A DNA stretch of 64,000 nt, taken from contig CAWFAK010000016.1 in the NCBI GenBank assembly GCA_963813715.1, positions 128,001-192,000 of the forward strand, written 5' to 3'. The DNA comes from an uncultured Planctomycetaceae bacterium. GTDB lineage: Bacteria > Planctomycetota > Planctomycetia > Planctomycetales > Planctomycetaceae. Both the position numbers and the translations under genes were made by a program. Positions 57,646 through 64,000 of the stretch are shown here, piece by piece (the stretch's first letter is position 1; each line of letters begins with the position of its first letter). Under the pieces are notes generated by a model that was not told the DNA's origin, did not search any database, and was given only the letters and a program-made list of their open reading frames with translations.

Positions 57646-57842
57646 TCGTCTTCCTTCAGCGTTGCCGATCGAGCCAGGAAAGTGAAGCGGACTACGAAAG
57701 CACCCAAACCCCCTCCGATCGGCAGGTCCCGTAGTGGAGCTTGCGATCGGATCCCGATTTAGCGAGCGTACCGGCGCGGCCGCTCACCCGACCATCCGCC
57801 TCCGTGCAAAAACTTCCCGTTTCTATCGGCATCCGCGACGCA

Positions 57843-58127
57843 TTAAACCTTGCCCTGGTTATCGCGCGCGGATTGATCGAGGGGTTCGATCAACTTGCTT
57901 TTGATGGATCGGAATTCTTCCTCGGACAGCCCACCCTCGCGATGCATTTCTCCCACCTGCATCAGCAATCGATGGTTGTCTTCGGCAGGATCCTCACTAT
58001 CGCGAAACCGTGCTCGAATACGGAATAAGAGCCAAGCGGCGACCGCGACGATGCCAAATAACGCCAGCCACCAGTACCAGCTGGCGCCGAAAATCCGAGA
58101 AAGCTCTTCGCGGTGGTCTCGCCCCAA
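57843..58127 (-). CDS. Small membrane protein with a SHOCT-like tail
   Basis: TM WWLALFGIVAVAAWLLF; MHREGGLSEEEFRSIK; start uncertain. Confidence 0.7.
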   Translation of the reverse strand: MGRDHREELSRIFGASWYWWLALFGIVAVAAWLLFRIRARFRDSEDPAEDNHRLLMQVGEMHREGGLSEEEFRSIKSKLIEPLDQSARDNQGKV

Positions 58128-58704
58128 CGGCCCCCTCCCGGCCGCCAGCTAGCCCGTTCTGCGCCAGCCGTCGCGTTATTATCCGACAGCGGCGTGACTT
58201 AGGCAAGGCGCCTTCTTCGGCGCACGGCCGTCAATCCCGCGCGGCTTGCGCGGATTTCCACCTCCCCTTAGCAGCGGAGGCTCGGGACGGGCCGTGGCAG
58301 CACTTTCGTGCACTCACCGACCGCATCGAATGCAAAACGCGAGCCGAGGGCGCGGATTGTCGACGGTTCCTGGTCAGGACTGCGTCGACCGGCAAGGGCC
58401 GCCGAAAGATACTCGCGGATGAACGGCGTTTCTTCTCCCGGAGCCAGGGCAGCTGGACACGAAGCCGTCACAGGCGGCGTTCTCGAACGGGTTTCCCACA
58501 AACCAAAGCCTCCGCGCGCGATCCCTTTTGGGAAAGGCATTTGCAATCCTTGCAATTTTCGCCCTGGCGCCGGTGCTGGGCCTTCCTGGGAGTCCGGCCC
58601 CAATTTCAGTCCCAGCGGGGCCGAGCCGATAGACGAATTTCGCGAGTCGAAAAAAAGTGCCCTGTGCTCTAAAATTAGGGTTCACACCTTCTGCGGGTAG
58701 CGTG

Positions 58705-59190
58705 ATGGACTTTGAAAAACGGTTGGAGCGGGCCCTGAGTCGGGGGGCCAACACGCGCTCCAGCCAAGAGCAAATGCAAACCGATCGCAAGCTGTCCGAC
58801 GAACAGCTGCACACCGAGCATTCGCGCTGCCGGCTGGAACTCTCCGAGCAGATCGAATCGTGCCTGCGGAAGCTGGCCGACTTTATCCCGGGGTTTCGCT
58901 TCGAGACGATTGTCAGCGACGCCGGCTGGGGAGCCCGCGTCAGCCGTGACGACATCTCCCTGGTCCGCGGCCGCTCGGCCGGCACCGAATACAGCCGGCT
59001 GGAGGTTCTGGTCCGCCCGTTCAGCTCGGCCCATATTATTGAGCTGGTCGGCAAGGGGACGATCCGCAACAAAGAGCTCTTCCAGCGGACGCACTACCAG
59101 TTTCTCAACCAGGTCGACCTGCAATCGCTGCTGAACCTGGTCGACCTGTGGGTGCTGGAATACGCGGAAATGTACGCGGCCCGCTCGTAG
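58705..59190 (+). CDS. Hypothetical protein
   Basis: MDFEKRLERALSRG..WVLEYAEMY; typical codon usage. Confidence 0.75.
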   Translation: MDFEKRLERALSRGANTRSSQEQMQTDRKLSDEQLHTEHSRCRLELSEQIESCLRKLADFIPGFRFETIVSDAGWGARVSRDDISLVRGRSAGTEYSRLEVLVRPFSSAHIIELVGKGTIRNKELFQRTHYQFLNQVDLQSLLNLVDLWVLEYAEMYAARS

Positions 59191-59213
59191 CCCCAGCTGC
59201 GCATGTTCCGGGC

Positions 59214-59236
59214 GAGCGGCGGGTGTCAGCCCGCCG
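59214..59236 (+). repeat. REP-like palindrome, copy 2 (also terminator-like, followed by a T-rich tract)
   Basis: GAGCGGCGGGTGTCAGCCCGCCG then GTTTTTCT. Confidence 0.65.
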
Positions 59237-59294
59237 GTTTTTCTCTGTCTCTTTTTCTCTATCTTTCTTCGGCTTGCGCGCTTCCGCGTCACGT

Positions 59295-60741
59295 TCAGCG
59301 TACCGCCGCCGTCGCTTCCTCAATCGCGTCGATCGCCACATCGCACAGGCGGTCGATGAGTTCGGCGGGCATCGCCGGCGCGGGCATCAGAGACGACAAC
59401 GTCGCCGAGCGGTCGAAGGATCACGCCCCGCTTGCGCGCGGCCAGCGTCACCTGATGTCCCATGCGTTGCGCGGCCGGGAATGCCTCGTTGGTCGTCCGA
59501 TCGCGGACCAACTCGATGCCGACCATCGTCCCCTTCTGGCGAATGTCGCCGACGACGGGCGAGTTCTTGATCGCGCTGAGTCGAGCTTCGATCCGCTGGG
59601 CGTTGGCGCGCACGTTGTCGACGACCTGGTTCTCATCGATGAGTCGTAGAGAGGCAAGCGCTGCCGCACAGGCGAGCGCATTGCCCGTGTAAGTATGACC
59701 ATGGAAGAACGTCTTCCCCTCTTCTGGCCGTGCGAGGAAGGCGTTGTAGATTTCGTCGGTGGCCAGCGTCGCCGCAAGCGGTAAATAGCCGCCGGTCAGC
59801 CCTTTGGCCATGCACAAGAGGTCGGGAGAGACGTTTTCCTGTTCGCACGCGAAGAGCGTTCCCGTCCGCCCAAAGCCGACGGCCACTTCGTCGGCGATCA
59901 GCGGAATGCCGTGCTCGCGAGTGAGCGCCCGCACCCGCGCGAGATACCCGGGCGGATGCACGAGCATCCCTGCCGCGCCCTGGACGAGCGGCTCGATGAT
60001 GAAGCCAGCGGCCCGGTTGCGATTCTCGACAATCAGCCGCTCCAGCTCGGCAAAGCAGTGCTCCAGGTAGGCGGCCGGCGTGTACCCGGGGGGCGTGCGG
60101 AAAGCCACCGGCGAGGGAATCGTCACGGTTTGAAACAACAGATCACGATAAGCGGAATGGAACTGGGCAATGTTGCCGACGCTCACCGTGCCCAGCGTGT
60201 CCCCGTGGTAGGCACTGCCCAGGCACAAAAAGCGATCGCGCCGCGTGCCCTCAGCGCCGCCGGTCTTTTGGGCGTGATACTGATACGCGATCTTCAGGGC
60301 GACTTCGACCGCTGTTGCCCCGCTGTCGGAGTAAAAGACCTTCGTGAGCCCACGCGGTGCTCGGGCAACCAGCGCCCGGGCCAGCTCGATCGACGGGACA
60401 CTGGAAAGCCCCAGGAGCGTCGTGTGGGAAACGCGGTCGAGCTGCTCCCGAATCGCGCGATCGATTTCGGTCACTCGGTGTCCGTGGACGTTGCACCAGA
60501 GCGACGAGATGCCGTCGAGATACCGGCGTCCTTCGACGTCGATCAGGAAGAAGCCGTCGGCCGACTCGATGATCGGCGCCCCCTCGTCGCGGTAGGCGAG
60601 CATGGGAGTGAAGGGATGCCAGATGAACTGGTTGTCCCACTCGCGCAGCACGGACGCTTCGCGTGCACTCGCGGTCGCGTCGGTTTCGCCAGCGCGGCCG
60701 GTCTCAGCCGGGGAGCAAGTCTCGGATGGCGTCCCGCTCAC
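59295..60741 (-). CDS. bioA: Adenosylmethionine-8-amino-7-oxononanoate aminotransferase (frameshift ~59392; start uncertain)
   Basis: [56 protein letters not shown]. Confidence 0.93.
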
Positions 60742-61696
60742 TGCGCAGCTCCGACAGGGTGACGTTGATCTTTTCGCGGGCGAAGTTGTTGTGTTCGATG
60801 CCCTGCGAAATCTTCCAGGTCTTGCCGTCGGTGGTGAGCGGGTAGCCGAAGATCAAGCCGGCATCGACGCCGTAAGCCCCGTCGCTGGCGACGGCCGCGC
60901 TGAAGATATCGCCGGCGGCCGTGGGCGTGATGATGCTCTTCACCGTGTCGAGGACGGCATTGGCGGCCGAGGCGGCACTCGAGGCTCCGCGGGCCTTGAT
61001 CACAGCCGCGCCTCGCTTCTGCACGCCTTCGACGAACGGCCCTTTGAGCCACGCCTCGTCTTTGATTGCATCGGTCGCCGGACGGCCGTTGATGGTTGCG
61101 TGATAAAAGTCGGGGAACTGCGTGGCGGAGTGATTGCCCCAAATCCCCACGTTTTTGACGGCCGCGACTTCGACTCCCGCCTTCCGCGCGAGCTGCGTCG
61201 CCGCCCGATTCTGGTCGAGCCGCGTCATCGCGAACCAGCGGTCCTTGGGAATTTTGGGCGCGTTGTGCATAGCGATCAGGCAATTCGTGTTGCACGGATT
61301 GCCGATCACCACCACCCGGACGTCCTGGGCGGCGGCCGCTTGAATAGCCTTGCCCGTGTTGGTGAAGATCGGGCCGTTGACGCGGATCAGGTCCTTCCGC
61401 TCCATGCCGTCTTTGCGGGGCACGCTGCCGACGCAGAGCACGAAATTGCAACCGCGGAAGCCGTCTTCGAGATGATCGCTGTCCGCTTTGACGACGCCTT
61501 CCAATGTTGGGAATGCACAGTCATCCAACTCCATCATCACGCCGTCAAGCGCCCCCATCACCGGCGGCACTTCGACCAGGTGCAAAATCACCGGCTGTTT
61601 CGATCCGAACACCTCGCCCGAGGCGATCCGAAAAATGAGCGCATAACCAATCTGCCCGGCCGCGCCGGTGACAGCCACACGAATGGGGGAAGTCAT
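60704..61696 (-). CDS. mdh: Malate dehydrogenase
   Basis: [41 protein letters not shown]. Confidence 0.97.
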   Translation of the reverse strand: MTSPIRVAVTGAAGQIGYALIFRIASGEVFGSKQPVILHLVEVPPVMGALDGVMMELDDCAFPTLEGVVKADSDHLEDGFRGCNFVLCVGSVPRKDGMERKDLIRVNGPIFTNTGKAIQAAAAQDVRVVVIGNPCNTNCLIAMHNAPKIPKDRWFAMTRLDQNRAATQLARKAGVEVAAVKNVGIWGNHSATQFPDFYHATINGRPATDAIKDEAWLKGPFVEGVQKRGAAVIKARGASSAASAANAVLDTVKSIITPTAAGDIFSAAVASDGAYGVDAGLIFGYPLTTDGKTWKISQGIEHNNFAREKINVTLSELRSERDAIRDLLPG

Positions 61697-61858
61697 GGAA
61701 TCTTTCCGCTCGTCGCCAGAAAAGAATCGGTCGCCGCTGGCGGCAACCTCTCAGCATCTTTTAGCGTGTCAAATTATGCAGAGCAACCGAGGCGTTTTGG
61801 CGCCGCGCATCGATCCCTGGGCCCAGAGACAATCACTCGGGCGAGGCCCGGCCCGCTT

Positions 61859-62437
61859 TCATGGGGGCAGCGCCACTAGCAGAATGTTGGCGCGGTCATA
61901 AACGTCATCCGGATCAAGTGAGTCTACCTCGTTTGGTTTCTCCCAGAAGCGACCGTGACCCAACCAATGCCTTGCCTTCAGGCACTCGCGGTACTGCCCG
62001 ACGACGTGGTTGTTAATGACGTGCGCTTCTTTAAGGACTTCGAGGATCCCGCCTTCGTCAAAGTCGGGTCGCAGCTGCTTTTTCGCTGATAGCTTTGCAT
62101 GCCATTTCTGGTAGGCGCGCGACAGCGGGTCCTTAAGTTTTTCGCGAACGCGACGAAAAAAGTCGGATCTCACTGACGCCTCCGCGCTCGCGACAAGATT
62201 CAAAACTGTCAATCGATCGAGTTCTCGCCTGGCTCGGTCGTAGTGCGCATCGACATCGTCGTCTGTCATGCCGGCGAATCTGGGTAGCACATTTGCGCCG
62301 ACCTGAATGGCGTGCAACACCGATGCACGTTGATCGACAAGTGCCTCATTGAGCCCTCGATTCCAATCGCGGATCTCATCGAGGGTCTGCGGTTCCGCTG
62401 TTGCATGATTTGCGGGCGGAATTGGCATCGCGCTCAA
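61859..62437 (-). CDS. Putative HEPN-like ribonuclease
   Basis: Helical 192 aa; LVASAE..R and RHWLGH (R-x4-H). Confidence 0.55.
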   Translation of the reverse strand: MSAMPIPPANHATAEPQTLDEIRDWNRGLNEALVDQRASVLHAIQVGANVLPRFAGMTDDDVDAHYDRARRELDRLTVLNLVASAEASVRSDFFRRVREKLKDPLSRAYQKWHAKLSAKKQLRPDFDEGGILEVLKEAHVINNHVVGQYRECLKARHWLGHGRFWEKPNEVDSLDPDDVYDRANILLVALPP

Positions 62438-62892
62438 TCCCGCATGATGCCCTGCAGAACATCGGCGAGTGAGGACTCGTCAAGAGGTATGACGGATAGC
62501 TTTGGCTGGCGAGACTGAACGAACCCCCATCCCCCCGCCTGGGGCTGAAAGATCAGCATCGCCTCATTCTTTTCGCCGATCACATCGACCCGACCTTCTG
62601 CCCCGGCAATGTTCCTCCCACGGGGGGAGAATCGAACTTGCTCACTCCCAATGACCAAGACAAGGTCTTCGACCGAATAAGTTCCAATGTAGTTCTCGGT
62701 CAGAACCTTCGAGCGACGCGTCTCGCTGATTTCCTTCTTGCCAAGTGGCTCTGCCAGAATCGCACTGATTCGTTTGTAGAGGTCGTCGACAGCCTTCAAA
62801 TACTCGTCACGGCGTTTATCCCAATCAACTTGGGCAACCGCGCCCGATTGTTGGCGTTTCTTGGCGAGTAGGTTTGCGAGATTTTGATCCAT
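62434..62892 (-). CDS. Hypothetical protein, adjoining or overlapping the HEPN-like gene
   Basis: DWDKRRDEYL..LY..ENYIGTY..FSPRG..GAEGRVD; GGAG RBS. Confidence 0.75.
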   Translation of the reverse strand: MDQNLANLLAKKRQQSGAVAQVDWDKRRDEYLKAVDDLYKRISAILAEPLGKKEISETRRSKVLTENYIGTYSVEDLVLVIGSEQVRFSPRGRNIAGAEGRVDVIGEKNEAMLIFQPQAGGWGFVQSRQPKLSVIPLDESSLADVLQGIMRD

Positions 62893-63027
62893 TGCCAAAA
62901 CTCCGAAGAGGACGACGTTCCTCCATTCCTATCGTAACTCTCTCGACGAGATCGAAAGGAAGGACATCGAGTTCGCCTGAATGCAGAATGGTGGCGGGCG
63001 CGGATGAAACAGCGTACGATTTATTCG

Positions 63028-64000
63028 TCAAACCGAAGGCTCCGCGTCGAACGGATTGTCATCGCCTGTCATCGGCGGCGGCTCAGGCTCGCGAACTGAC
63101 GCCGGCGCGGGGCGTGCGGCGGCTGGTGGTGACGGCGGCGAGGCGTGGCGAAATGTGGTCGCGACTTTGGAGACCCACTCGGCCGACGGCACGGCATACG
63201 GCCGCAGCTTTTCGGTCGTGCCGAGTTCGCGGAGGTACAAGAGCGCACGGTGGCCGCCCAGGCGGGAGGCCGCCGGCGAGTCGATCAGGCTGCTCGAGTC
63301 GGCGGAGTTCATTTGAAAGCCGATTCGCACCTCGAACTCGCGCAAGGTCGATTGCGTGATCCAGCGGGTGAGGTTGCTGTAGGTGTCGCACCAGACGATC
63401 GAGTGCACGTTGAGGCCCGGGCCGTCCTTGAAGATGTCTGCCAACTGGGCTCCGGCTTGCGGGCCGCGGGAGTCGTCGGTGCGGCCGAAGCCGAATTCGT
63501 CCTGCTCGTTGCGCAGGTCGCGGAAGCGGCTGTAATTCGAAAGGAACACGAAGATCGGCGGCTGGTCTTTGCCCGTCTCCTCTTTGCGGCGGGCGACTTC
63601 AGCGGCGATCATGGCGACGGTGGCGGCCGCTTCCTTCTGGCCAGCCCGGACGATGCGATGCGGCAGCTGTTCGACGATTTGCTTCCAGCGGGTTCCGTCG
63701 TCGGCATCGTTCGCGTCGCCGTCGAGCACGAAAAACTGGGCGGGTGAGGGATCGTCGGGACCGGCGGGCTTGATCTGGGCGGCTAGGGTGATCAGGGCGA
63801 CCATCATCATGCCCTGCGAAGCCGGCGCGTCCTGCCCAATGATCATCATGTTGTCGCCGGGACGCTGCGTGATGCCGATCCGCGTCGGCGGCTTGATCGA
63901 GACGGCTTCACCCAGCCAAAGCGATAAAGATTCTCGTCGGCGGGCCTCGCCGTTGAAGAGCGTGGAGAACCGATCGATCGCCTCGCCGATCGACTGGTTA
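63028..64000 (-). CDS. C-terminal part of an FtsK/SpoIIIE (EssC/EccC-like) ATPase, 5' end outside the window
   Basis: Open from the window edge: LWLGEAVSIK..DNMMIIGQ..EVARR..IFKDGPGLNVHSIVW..RIGFQMNSADSSSLID..EKLRPY (degenerate ATPase repeat). Confidence 0.7.
   Translation of the reverse strand, partial: NQSIGEAIDRFSTLFNGEARRRESLSLWLGEAVSIKPPTRIGITQRPGDNMMIIGQDAPASQGMMMVALITLAAQIKPAGPDDPSPAQFFVLDGDANDADDGTRWKQIVEQLPHRIVRAGQKEAAATVAMIAAEVARRKEETGKDQPPIFVFLSNYSRFRDLRNEQDEFGFGRTDDSRGPQAGAQLADIFKDGPGLNVHSIVWCDTYSNLTRWITQSTLREFEVRIGFQMNSADSSSLIDSPAASRLGGHRALLYLRELGTTEKLRPYAVPSAEWVSKVATTFRHASPPSPPAAARPAPASVREPEPPPMTGDDNPFDAEPSV

Noticed and set aside
58150..58700. ncRNA (SRP, tmRNA, 6S) in the long divergent intergenic region
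   Set aside because: No diagnostic motifs seen; only a TTGCAA-N3-TTGCAA palindrome of unknown meaning.

Overview
High-GC bacterial chromosome segment, very probably from a Planctomycete (DUF1559 prepilin-type gene, extended 'GAESID' acyl carrier protein, Cys/Pro-rich secreted protein, HEAT/LRR proteins). Most of it is housekeeping: a cbiMQO/nikMQO-type ECF transporter, cysE, leuA, aroA, rsmB, a Ski2-like helicase, purE, mrp-sufE-sufS, dnaE, purF, pepF, clpX, bioA and mdh. About 15 single-base frameshifts, some in aroA, bioA and the ACP gene, look like long-read assembly indels rather than pseudogenes. No rRNA, tRNA or CRISPR array was seen. Highlights: (1) an accessory block at 22.9-30.1 kb with PadR followed by tandem HAAS/permease-prefix membrane paralogues, a ~520-bp TCCCGTCCC-rich hairpin element, and a divergent catalytic-domain-only tyrosine recombinase with a perfect 10-6-10 inverted repeat on its start codon; (2) a two-gene module (unknown protein + RxxxxH HEPN-like protein) behind an FtsK/EssC-like ATPase; (3) a complete leucine attenuator whose 21-aa leader is missing from the ORF track; (4) an HDOD-GGDEF cyclase with MshEN-like motifs; (5) several enzyme homologues lacking catalytic residues; (6) a 51-bp direct repeat flanking a HEAT-repeat gene. 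All family calls come from motif recognition by eye, with no database searches.
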